Positions 1-13,104 of a DNA stretch of 64,000 nt are shown here, piece by piece. Position 1 is the first letter of the stretch, and each line of letters begins with the position of its first letter. The DNA is from Candidatus Iainarchaeum sp. Its GTDB lineage: Archaea > Micrarchaeota > Micrarchaeia > Anstonellales > Bilamarchaeaceae. Made by a program: the position numbers and the translations under genes. The stretch is taken from contig JAQUBA010000003.1 in assembly GCA_028686985.1 (NCBI GenBank), positions 16,267 through 80,266 of the forward strand, written 5' to 3'. A model generated the notes under the pieces. That model saw nothing but the letters and a program-made list of their open reading frames with translations, made no database searches and was not told the DNA's origin.

Positions 1-612
1 TTTCGAAGCCGCTTTCAGCACCCCTTCAAAATCCCCATACGCAATAATCAATAGCTCGCAGAGGTAGCCCGAAAATCCCAGCGTCTTTATCTCCGCCCCG
101 TAAAGCCCGTTCGCCTTCAGGAATTTCTTCAGCAGCAGCACTTCCCCTTTCTGCCCCTCCTCCATCTTCTCCAGCACATACCTCGTGTGCAATTGCGAGC
201 GGTCCACCGCGCTCTTTATGCGCTCCCCTTCCACCATCAGATAAGCCGGAACAACATCTATCTTCTTCCCGTTCAAATGAAATTTCACATAAGGGTGCTC
301 AGCATACGCAATCTCCATTTTCGCTTTCGGATATGCGGATTCCACCGCCCCCCTCACTTCCTCAAACATCAATTCCTTGGAATAAGAATGGGGAAATAGC
401 GCGAACAAATCCACGTCCCCTTCCTCAGCAAGGAAAGTCCCTTTTTTCACGGAGCCGGTAAGCATTGTCTTCACCCCGGAAGGCAATAATTCCCCTATGC
501 GCACCTCCGCCTCCCTCGCAATCCCCTCCACTTCTTCCCGCTCTTTTTCGCCCGGAGTAACCTTTTTCAGCACGTTTTGCAGCGTTTTTTCCATTGATTC
601 CGGAGCCATCAT
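1..612 (-). CDS. cca: CCA-adding enzyme (archaeal class I tRNA nucleotidyltransferase), N-terminal part; the C-terminus runs off the window
   Basis: Absent from the ORF track because it has no stop in the window. Reverse-strand translation from the ATG at 612..610 gives MMAPESMEKTL...LTGSVKKGTFL..GDVDLF (nucleotidyltransferase GS + DxD), DRSQLHTRYV and KKFLKANGLYGAEIKTLGFSGYLCELL, all typical of archaeal CCA enzymes. Confidence 0.85.
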   Translation of the reverse strand, partial: MMAPESMEKTLQNVLKKVTPGEKEREEVEGIAREAEVRIGELLPSGVKTMLTGSVKKGTFLAEEGDVDLFALFPHSYSKELMFEEVRGAVESAYPKAKMEIAYAEHPYVKFHLNGKKIDVVPAYLMVEGERIKSAVDRSQLHTRYVLEKMEEGQKGEVLLLKKFLKANGLYGAEIKTLGFSGYLCELLIIAYGDFEGVLKAASK

Positions 613-737
613 CGCACCTTTTTATGCATTCAGACCTCTACTTTTTGGTTAAAAAATACATAGCCCCCTCCGGCATATATTTTTACGTCGATAAACCGAA
701 GGGAAGGTTTATAACCCTGTCGTCATAAATCATAGCC

Positions 738-4899
<4,162 letters not shown>

Positions 4900-4910
<11 letters not shown>

Positions 4911-7320
4911 TAACATGCCGCTTACAGACATACCGATTGAGGAAGACATGAAGTCCTCATACCTGGACTACGCGATGAGCGTCATAACGAGCCGCGCGCT
5001 CCCGGACGTGCGCGACGGGCTCAAGCCCGTGCAGAGGCGCATCCTGTTCGCGATGCACGAGCTGGGCAACACCCACAGCAAGCCCTACAAGAAGAGCGCG
5101 AGGGTGGTCGGCGAAGTGCTCGGCAAGTACCACCCGCACGGAGACATGGCGATTTACGACGCGCTAGTGCGCATGGCGCAGGACTTTTCCCTCCGCGCCC
5201 CGCTCGTGGACGGGCAGGGAAACTTCGGCTCCGTAGATGGCGACTCCCCCGCGGCTATGAGGTACACGGAAGTGCGCATGGCGGAGCTCGCGGGCGAGAT
5301 GCTCAAGGACATAGAGAAGAAAACGGTGAAGTTCACGCCGAATTTTGACGGCACGCTGGAGGAGCCAACGGTGCTCCCCTCCCGCATCCCGAACCTCCTC
5401 CTCAACGGCTCGGCGGGAATCGCGGTAGGCATGGCAACGAACATCCCCCCGCACAACCTGAGCGAAATCGCGGACGCAATCATATCCATAATAGAGGGCG
5501 GAACCGAAGAGGACGTCCTCCGCATTGTGCAGGGGCCGGATTTCCCGACCGGCGGCTCCATAATAGGGAAATCCCAAATCATAAATGCGTACAAGACCGG
5601 CAGGGGCATCATAACCGTCCGCGGAAAAGCCGCGATAGAAAAGAATGAAATCACCATCCTGGAAATCCCCTACCAGGTGAACAAGACCGCGCTGATAGGG
5701 CAGATTGTCTCCGCGGTGAAGGAGAAGAGGATAGAGGGCATAAGCAACGTGAGCGACCGCTCGGACCGGGACGGCATGGCCCTCGTCATAGAGGTGAAGA
5801 GGGGCGAGGACCCGGAGATAGTCCTCAACCAACTCTATTCATTCAGCGACCTGCAGAAGAGCTTCGGCATACAGAACCTCGCGCTCGTGGGCGGCCAGCC
5901 CAGGATGCTCCCGCTCATTGAGATGCTCAGGGAATTCATCTCCTTCCGCAGGGAAATCATAATCGCGCGCAGCAAGTTTGACCTCGCAAAGGCGCAGGAG
6001 CGCCTGCACCTCCTTGAGGGCTTCCTCGTCGCGCTGGCGAACATAGACGCGGTCATCTCGCTCATACGCGCATCCAGGAACGCGGAGGAGGCGCGCGGCA
6101 AACTGTCCTCCGCATATAAGCTCTCGGACAAGCAGGGCGCCGCCATCCTTGACATGAAATTGCAGAAGCTCACCGGGCTGGAGAGGCATGGAATAGAAAC
6201 AGAGCACGGCGAGAAGCAGGAAGAGATAAGGAAATTGCACGAGCTCCTCGCGGACGAGAAAAAGATATTCAACGTGGTGAAGGAGGAGATGCTTGAGCTC
6301 AGGGCCAAGTACGGCCAGCCCCGCCGCACCATGGTCGAGGAGGGCGAGGCCGAGGTTGAGATAGAATCCCTGATTCCGGACGAGCAGGTCGTGGTCACCA
6401 TCTCCAGGAAGGGCTACATAAAGCGCGTCCCGCTCGCGGAGTACCGGGCGCAGCACAGGGGCGGCGTCGGAAAGATAGGCGCCGAGACCGTGGAGGAGGA
6501 CGCGATAGAGGACGTTTTCGTGACCACCAACCACAAGTACATCCTCTTCTTCACGGACAAGGGGAAGGTGCACTGGCTCAAGGCCTACCGCATACCCGAG
6601 GCGGGCCGCTACTCGCACGGAAAGCCCATCGTGAACCTCCTGCGGGCCGAGGGCGAGCAGGTCACAGCATCAATCGCGGTGGATGAATTCAAGGACAGCG
6701 AGTTCTTCTTCATGGCTACGCGGCTCGGCACGGTGAAGCGCGTTGAGACGTCCAGCTTCAGCAACCCGCGCAAGGGCGGCATAATCGCAATCACGCTGCG
6801 CGAGGGCGACTCCCTCATCGCGGTGAGGAAGACCAACGGCAGCCAGGGGCTCTGCCTCGGCACCAGGAAGGGCTATGCGATACATTTCAGGGAGGAGGAC
6901 GTGCGGGGCGTGGGGCGCTCGGCCGCGGGCGTGCGGGGGATAAGGCTCCGCAAGGGAGATAAACTGGTGAGCGCGACCGTCACGGGCAAGCAGTTCCTTC
7001 TCACCATAACCGAGAACGGCTACGGGAAGAAGACGGCCGTTGCCGAGTACCGCATGCAGGGGAGGGGCGGCCTGGGGATCATCAACATGAAGGCCGGCGC
7101 CCGGAACGGCGACATCGTGAACGTGCGCTGCGTGGACGACGGGGAGGACGCAATCGTGACCACCGCGTCCGGGATGATAATACGCGTTCCCGTGGGCCAG
7201 ATATCCACCGTGGGCAGGAACACCCTCGGCGTCCGCGTCATAAAGCTCAGGGAGGGGGAGAAGGTCTCGTCCTTCACCACCGCGCCTTCGGAGCAGGTGG
7301 CTGGGGAGGGCGCGCAGTAG
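4900..7320 (+). CDS. gyrA: DNA gyrase subunit A
   Basis: [47 protein letters not shown] and [10 protein letters not shown] (active-site Tyr region), plus C-terminal repeated beta-pinwheel blades. The start overlaps the gyrB stop by 11 nt; an alternative start is the ATG at 4915. Confidence 0.95.
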
Positions 7321-7377
7321 CCGCGCCTCCCATATTTTTAAAGACCTAATAATCATACTTAGCCAAGAGGTGTCTCC

Positions 7378-8640
7378 ATGCTGAAGAACGTGCTGCTTTT
7401 GCTGTTGCTCGCCTCCGCCGTGTACGCGGCGGAATGCGAAGCCGGTTTCCGCGACCCCGTGAGGGTGCTCGTGCTGGACGCTAAGTACCGCCCCATCTCC
7501 AACGCATCCGTTACCTTCACATACCAGAAGGACTACACCACGGGCAAGGGCTACATAACGACCAACGTGCTCTATACCGACGCCAACGGAAAGGTCTCAA
7601 CCACGCTTACAAACACCGAGCAGTTGGACAGCCGCGTGCGCTGCGACATAAGGCTCAACGTGACCTATGACGGCGTAACGCACATGGAAACGATAACCGC
7701 GCAGCACCACCTGGCGGACGAGCAGGTGCATTTTGACGCCTATTCCCTCACCGTGAAGGCGGTGGACAAGTTCGGCGCGCCCCTTGCATTCTCGCCAATC
7801 CGGGTGAACAGCATGGAGTCCACGACCAACGACCGCGGGCTCGCATACTTCATCGTGAACAAGAAGAACGACGTGGACGTCGCGGTTTCGTACCGCGGCG
7901 CGGTCGTTTCCAGGAAAATATCCGTCCAGAACGACACGGTCTACACCCTGCAGGCGCTCCTATACAATTTCATGCTCAATGTGATTGACGACAAGGGCGA
8001 CCCGCTGGGCGCAATAATCCTGGTGGACACGCAGGAATACAACGGCAGCTCCGTCTCAATCCAGGACACGCCGCTCGCGCGGCCCACCGTTTCCGTTACA
8101 TACGGCCTTCTCACCAAGGCGCCTGAGATAGACCTTTCCCAGCGCGAATCCTACACCGTGGTCTTTGACCTAACGCCCCCGGACATATCCGGCGTCGGCG
8201 TGCAGATGACGCCCGACCACGACATGGTCATATCCTTCTCGGTGGAGGACCCGAATGTGCATGCGAGCGGCCCGTCCGCGGATGACATAACCGTATCATA
8301 TAACGTGGGCGGCGTGACACGCACCGTCCCCGCATTCGTGCAGGGCGGCAAATATGTCGCGGAGATATCCCGCCCCCCGGACAACTCCCTAGTCCGCTTC
8401 ACCATAGCCGCGAAGGACAAGGAGGGCAACATGGAGACGGTGGATGGTGAATACCTGGTGCAATACAGCCCGCAGGGCAACGGCACTGTGGCGCCCCCGG
8501 GCGATGGCAATGCAACCGGAAGCCAGCCCCAGCAGATGCTGCCCACGGACAACCCGCTTCTCCTCGCCGGCGCCGCGCTGGCCGGGCTCGCAATCCTTTG
8601 GACGGTTTATAATTATGTCAAGGGGCTTTCTTCCGGGTGA
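7378..8640 (+). CDS. Secreted surface protein with repeated Ig/CarboxypepD_reg-like beta domains and a C-terminal TM anchor
   Basis: Signal peptide MLKNVLLLLLLASAVYAAE. Repeated beta-rich segments (VLDAKYRPISNASVTF.., VKAVDKFGAPLAFSPIRV.., NVIDDKGDPLGAIILV..). C-terminal LLLAGAALAGLAILWTVYNYVKG. Confidence 0.7.
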   Translation: MLKNVLLLLLLASAVYAAECEAGFRDPVRVLVLDAKYRPISNASVTFTYQKDYTTGKGYITTNVLYTDANGKVSTTLTNTEQLDSRVRCDIRLNVTYDGVTHMETITAQHHLADEQVHFDAYSLTVKAVDKFGAPLAFSPIRVNSMESTTNDRGLAYFIVNKKNDVDVAVSYRGAVVSRKISVQNDTVYTLQALLYNFMLNVIDDKGDPLGAIILVDTQEYNGSSVSIQDTPLARPTVSVTYGLLTKAPEIDLSQRESYTVVFDLTPPDISGVGVQMTPDHDMVISFSVEDPNVHASGPSADDITVSYNVGGVTRTVPAFVQGGKYVAEISRPPDNSLVRFTIAAKDKEGNMETVDGEYLVQYSPQGNGTVAPPGDGNATGSQPQQMLPTDNPLLLAGAALAGLAILWTVYNYVKGLSSG

Positions 8641-8720
8641 TTTTACACACTTCGCCATGGCTCCAACGATACCTTTATAAATGATTTCTTCGTATATAAG
8701 TTGTGTGAAAAGGTGACAAA

Positions 8721-9458
8721 ATGCCCAGAGGCAGGAGAATCATAATCAACCGGAAAATAAACGATGAAAAAATAGACAGGCTAACCTCCATAGACATGGA
8801 AGATGTAAGGAAGAGGAGGGGTGCCGTTGAGCGCAGCCTTTCCCTTGCGATAGGCTCGGTGATGGATGCCGCTCAGAAGACATATGAGCGCTCCAGGAGA
8901 AGCGACGCGGAACTCAGGCGCGCGGGCATTTTGTCAATACAGGACGCCTACGAGTTTCTCCGCTCCAAGGGCATGGACATCTCCTTCAGGGCATTTGGGG
9001 GAAGGATAGAGCGCAGGAGCGTTCCATCCGTGAAGGTCGGCAAGAAGCGGTACATCCCGGTGCAGTCGCTGGAGGACATACTCTCCCTCGGCAAGGATTT
9101 CTACACAATCCGCGAGGCGTATGAGCTTTACAAGAAATACAACAGCACAATCAACTACAGGGCATTCATAGGCAGGGTGGAGAAGAGCTCCATCCCCTCG
9201 CTGAAGATAGGCACCAAGAGGCTCATCCCGCGCGACACCATTGACAGCCTCTCGCACGTTGCACGCAAATACTACTCGGTCAGCCAGGCGATAAAGGAGC
9301 TCCATGTCAAGGGCGTTGACATAAAGAGGAACGCCTTTGAGCGCAGGCTGGACAGGAACCGCATCCCGCACGTGAAGATAGGCGGGAGGCGCTTCATACC
9401 GCGCGACGTGGTGGACGAGCTCGTCGGCAAAGAGCTGGCCCTCAGCAAGCCTAAATAA
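8721..9458 (+). CDS. DNA-binding protein with three tandem excisionase/MerR-type helix-turn-helix (HTH_17-like) repeats
   Basis: Three repeats of about 55 aa each end in the same motif: SVPSVKVGKKRYIPVQSLEDI, SIPSLKIGTKRLIPRDTIDSL and RIPHVKIGGRRFIPRDVVDEL. TATA-like TATATAAG lies about 28 nt upstream of the ATG. Confidence 0.75.
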   Translation: MPRGRRIIINRKINDEKIDRLTSIDMEDVRKRRGAVERSLSLAIGSVMDAAQKTYERSRRSDAELRRAGILSIQDAYEFLRSKGMDISFRAFGGRIERRSVPSVKVGKKRYIPVQSLEDILSLGKDFYTIREAYELYKKYNSTINYRAFIGRVEKSSIPSLKIGTKRLIPRDTIDSLSHVARKYYSVSQAIKELHVKGVDIKRNAFERRLDRNRIPHVKIGGRRFIPRDVVDELVGKELALSKPK

Positions 9459-9481
9459 CCCTTTCTGCCTGAATCCTACCC

Positions 9482-11857
9482 ATGGAGAGGAGGAAGGCGC
9501 TTTTCATTGACGCAGACTACGTAGTGCGCGCGGGCAAATGCTATGCACGCCTCCTCGTAAAAGGCAAGAAAACCGCTTTCCTGTACTTCCAGCACGACCC
9601 CTATTTTTACGCCGACGTGGACGAGGCGGGAAAGAGGGCGATAGAGTCGCTCTCAGTGAAGGGGGAGGACGGCACCGCAGTTTCGCCCAAGCGCACCGAA
9701 TTCGCAGAAAGGATACTGGACGGCGAACCGAAACGGCTGTTGCGCGTAATCTGCCACGAGCCGCGGCACGTCCCCATCCTGCGCGAAGCAATCCCCTTTC
9801 CATGCTACGAATATGGAATACACTACGGAAGGCGCTTCATGATGGACTTCTCGCTGGTCCCGTTCTCCGTCATCTCATATGAGCGGGACGGGAGGCGGAT
9901 AAGCCGCTTCCTGAAATCCTCCCCCGGCGACCCGCGCATGCTGAGGCGCCTCGCCTTTGACACCGAGGTTTACAACCCGCTGGGCGCGCCGCGCCCCTCC
10001 AAGGACCCGATAATAATGTTCAGCTTCGCCTGCTCCGACGGCGCGAAGGGCGTGGTCACCTACCGCGACGTGAAGGGCGGCAACGTGGAGCTCGTGGACG
10101 ACGAAAAACGGATGCTGGAGCGTTTCTTCCTCATGCTCAGCGAGAAGGACGTGGACGTCCTCTACGGCTATAACACCACCAACTTTGACCTCCCGTACAT
10201 CGCGGAGCGCGCGAAAAGGCTGGGCATCCCGCTCGCGCTGGGGAGGGACGGCAGCCCGTACCGCCTGATAAAGAAGGGGATGATAAACCCGCTGAAGATA
10301 AAGGGCCGGGTGCACGTGGACCTCTACCCTGTGATGAAATTCTTCGGCTTCACCGGCCTCATCCGCACGGATGATTATACCCTGAAGAACGTATATTCCG
10401 CCGTAACCGGAAAAAAAGCCACAAAAATAGACCGCATGGACATATGGAAGCAGTGGGACAGCGGCGACATCGCCACCCTCACCGATTATGCGCTTGCGGA
10501 CTCGCTCGCAACGATTGAGCTGGGCGAGATGGCATACCCCCTCCTCTCCGAGCTTTCCACAATCACCCGCATGCCCCTATTCGACGTCGCATATGCGACC
10601 TCCGGCCAGCTGGTGGAGAGCCTGCTGATGGCGGAGGCGGCTGCCCACAACATGATAATACCCCCAAAGCCGGGCGGCTCCGCGGTCGCAGCCCGCACAG
10701 AGAACCCCATCCAGGGCGCGTATGTGAAATTGCCCGAGCCGGGCATATACGAAAACATCGCGGTGTTTGACTTCCGCGGGCTGTATCCATCCATCATATG
10801 CTCATACAACATAGACCCCTTCACGCTGGGCAAGCCGGGCGAGGGCTTTGAGTCGCCCACCCGCGCTAAATTTGCAAAGTCCCCGCGCGGGCTCATCCCG
10901 CTCGTCCTGGAGAGCCTCATAGACCGCCGTGCCATCATAAAGCGGCAGCTGAAATCCGCGGCCAAGGACACCGAGGAGCACAAGATGCTCTCCGCGCGCT
11001 CCCACGCCCTCAAGATTCTCGCAAATTCCTTCTATGGCTATTTGGGATACGCCCGCTCCAGATGGTACAGCAGGAAATGCGCGGAGAGCGTCACCGCGTG
11101 GGGAAGGATGCACATACTCGCCGCCGAAGAGAAGGCGAAGGCCGCCGGATTCAAGGTCCTTTACATGGATACGGATTCCCTCTTCCTGCTCCTCGGCGAC
11201 AAAAAACGCGAGGACGCGCTCCGCTTCCTGGAGGAGATAAACCGCGAGCTCCCCGAAAAAATGGAACTGGAGCTGGAGGGCTTCTACACCCGCGGCGTTT
11301 TCGTGAGCAAGAAGGCTGAGGAGAAGGGCGCGAAGAAGAAATATGCCCTTCTGGGGGACGACGGCCGCGTAAAGATACGCGGCTTCGAGCTGGTGCGCAG
11401 GGACTGGTCCGCCGTGGCGAAGACCACGCAGCGCCGCGTGCTTGAGGCCATCCTTCGCGAGGGCAGCAAGGACAAGGCCGTGAGGATAGTCCGCGAGGTG
11501 GTTGAGCAGCTTCGCTCCGGAAAGGTCCCGCTCGCCGACCTGGCAATCTACACCCAGCTCAAGAAGGACCCGTCCAACTACGACATACTCAGCCCCGAAC
11601 TGCTAGCTGCGCAGAAGGCCCTCAAGCGGGGCAAGCACATAGAGCGCGGCAGCATCATAGGGTATGTGATAACCCGCAAGGGAAAGAGCATCTCGGACAG
11701 GGCCGAGCTGCTGGAGTTCGCCCCCGACTACGACCCGGACTACTACATAAACAACCAGGTGCTCCCCTCGGTGCTCAAGATACTCAAGGAGCTGGGCGCG
11801 GATGAATACGAGCTGACGCACGGTGGCAGGCAGAAGGGGATGGGCGACTTTTTCTGA
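9482..11857 (+). CDS. polB: Family B DNA polymerase
   Basis: Exo I LAFDTEVY, Exo II YNTTNFDLPYI, Exo III YALADSLA. Pol motifs GLYPSIICSYNI, KILANSFYGYLGY and YMDTDSLF. 791 aa with no intein-sized insertion. Confidence 0.95.
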   Translation: MERRKALFIDADYVVRAGKCYARLLVKGKKTAFLYFQHDPYFYADVDEAGKRAIESLSVKGEDGTAVSPKRTEFAERILDGEPKRLLRVICHEPRHVPILREAIPFPCYEYGIHYGRRFMMDFSLVPFSVISYERDGRRISRFLKSSPGDPRMLRRLAFDTEVYNPLGAPRPSKDPIIMFSFACSDGAKGVVTYRDVKGGNVELVDDEKRMLERFFLMLSEKDVDVLYGYNTTNFDLPYIAERAKRLGIPLALGRDGSPYRLIKKGMINPLKIKGRVHVDLYPVMKFFGFTGLIRTDDYTLKNVYSAVTGKKATKIDRMDIWKQWDSGDIATLTDYALADSLATIELGEMAYPLLSELSTITRMPLFDVAYATSGQLVESLLMAEAAAHNMIIPPKPGGSAVAARTENPIQGAYVKLPEPGIYENIAVFDFRGLYPSIICSYNIDPFTLGKPGEGFESPTRAKFAKSPRGLIPLVLESLIDRRAIIKRQLKSAAKDTEEHKMLSARSHALKILANSFYGYLGYARSRWYSRKCAESVTAWGRMHILAAEEKAKAAGFKVLYMDTDSLFLLLGDKKREDALRFLEEINRELPEKMELELEGFYTRGVFVSKKAEEKGAKKKYALLGDDGRVKIRGFELVRRDWSAVAKTTQRRVLEAILREGSKDKAVRIVREVVEQLRSGKVPLADLAIYTQLKKDPSNYDILSPELLAAQKALKRGKHIERGSIIGYVITRKGKSISDRAELLEFAPDYDPDYYINNQVLPSVLKILKELGADEYELTHGGRQKGMGDFF

Positions 11858-11894
11858 ATTTTGCACCTGTGACAAATATTTATAAATCAAATGA

Positions 11895-11914
11895 ACGAAT
11901 TATGTACAATTCGT
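11895..11914. promoter_or_regulatory. Inverted repeat ACGAATT-N6-AATTCGT between a TATA box (ATATTTATAAAT, about 11875-11886) and the start codon at 11938
   Basis: 7-bp arms are perfectly complementary (11895-11901 and 11908-11914). The position is operator-like. Confidence 0.4.
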
Positions 11915-11937
11915 AGCGTCTAGTGGGGGTTATACGC

Positions 11938-12813
11938 ATGGAAAAAAAGAGGCTGCTCAGTTGGGGCCAGGGGAACGAGGTCCTGGCCGGCATGGTGGCG
12001 GACTTCAGGAACGGCGATGCATGCTGCATAGTGACCGAGCCGGCGGACGCCCCAAAAGCCGTCTCTTCGCGCAAGAAGGGCGGCGTGTGCTGCGTGAAGT
12101 ACCAATGGAAATCCTCCACGGGCGGCATGCAGGTTGAGTCCATGGAATATTCGGACGAGAACCTGCGCTGCCTCCATTCCATAGACGGGAAGGACGGCGT
12201 TGATTCCACCGCATTCACGCACGCTGGGCAGACCTACATGGCGCACAAATGCACCCGCGCAATCGCGAAAAGGCTTTTCTCAGCGGCATCCAAGGTAAAA
12301 GAGTTCGTTTCGCGCATAGCCGGATGGTTCAGGACGCTTGCCGGAAACTTCTACCTGCTCTCCCGGGTGGACAAGGCGACATGGGGCATAGACAGCCGGT
12401 TCTCGGCCCCGCACCTCCAATCCTCCTCATGGTCCGACTTCAACGATGAGAACAAGGGCAGGTTCGCCGAGTTGGCCACGGAGATGATGGTCAGGATGCA
12501 CAAGAGCGGCCACATTTTCTCAAACCCCGTGCCTTCCGAGATGATGCTTGATTCCAGGAGGGCGCTGGTCGCGGACCCGCGCTACATAAGGCGCGCGAGG
12601 GGCGGCGCGGACGCGGTGGACAATTTCATACTCATGATGCGCGGGCTGATGCGCAGGGGCTTAACCTGCAGCGGCACGCTCTTCTACTGCTTATCAGTCT
12701 ATGCAAATTCCATGGAAAAGGAATGCAGGCAATGGTACGGGAAATCCGGCAAGCCGCGGTCAGCCGACCTTTTCCAGATTGCGAAGGAGCTTGAGAGCAT
12801 GGTAGTGGCTTAG
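11938..12813 (+). CDS. Hypothetical cytoplasmic protein (start moved to the ATG preceded by GGGGGT; the track start at 11923 is GTG)
   Basis: Long ORF with normal composition. No confident family motif; only a weak resemblance to a degenerate protein-kinase-like catalytic segment (MHKSGHIFSNPVPSEMML). Confidence 0.6.
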   Translation: MEKKRLLSWGQGNEVLAGMVADFRNGDACCIVTEPADAPKAVSSRKKGGVCCVKYQWKSSTGGMQVESMEYSDENLRCLHSIDGKDGVDSTAFTHAGQTYMAHKCTRAIAKRLFSAASKVKEFVSRIAGWFRTLAGNFYLLSRVDKATWGIDSRFSAPHLQSSSWSDFNDENKGRFAELATEMMVRMHKSGHIFSNPVPSEMMLDSRRALVADPRYIRRARGGADAVDNFILMMRGLMRRGLTCSGTLFYCLSVYANSMEKECRQWYGKSGKPRSADLFQIAKELESMVVA

Positions 12814-12817
12814 CCCG

Positions 12818-13040
12818 CTACAATTCCTCCGCCACAGTGGCCCCCCCCGCCCCCCTGCCCCTCGCAAACCTGTAGCTCCTCGCAAATTCCGGATTCATCA
12901 GGCTCTCCTCGTGGCTTATCACAAACGCCTGCTCAACCAGCTCGGGCACCTTGTTCTCCAGCGCCTCTGCAAGCGCCTGCCGCGCCCCTGTCCGGGTTGT
13001 GGATGGGCTCGCCCAGAACCAGCCATCCCGCCCCGGTTTC
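12818..13040 (-). pseudogene. Decayed 3' remnant of an SMC/Rad50/ABC-type ATPase gene (Walker B, D-loop and H-loop region), frameshifted with no start
   Basis: Manual reverse translation gives ..ARQALAEALENKVPELVEQAFVISHEESLMNPEFARSYRF..* in one frame and LVLGEPIHNPDRG immediately upstream in another. This matches the hhhhDEPxxxLDxxxRxxL....hhhISH layout of ABC/SMC ATPase C-termini. Confidence 0.3.
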
Positions 13041-13104
13041 CAGCTACGCCGTAAGTATTATAATATTGCTATTAGCCATAAGAGCTAACAAACCGGGGGT
13101 ATGG

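Noticed and set aside
9482-11857. Possible inteins or mobile insertions in polB, gyrA, gyrB or metG
   Set aside because: All have normal lengths and contiguous conserved motifs. No Cys/Ser...HN intein blocks or homing endonuclease motifs were seen.
11938-12813. Calling the 291-aa orphan a protein kinase-like (Bud32/RIO/Kdo-type) pseudokinase
   Set aside because: Only one short segment (MHKSGHIFSNPVPSEMML...VADP) vaguely resembles a degenerate catalytic loop.
No glycine-rich loop or VAIK Lys could be aligned confidently.
12997-13104. N-terminal extension of the beta-helix gene from the TTG at 12997
   Set aside because: The extension (MWMGSPRTSHPAPVSS...) precedes the obvious signal peptide, covers the TATA-like ATTATAATA and overlaps the ATPase remnant.
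The ATG at 13105 gives a canonical signal peptide.
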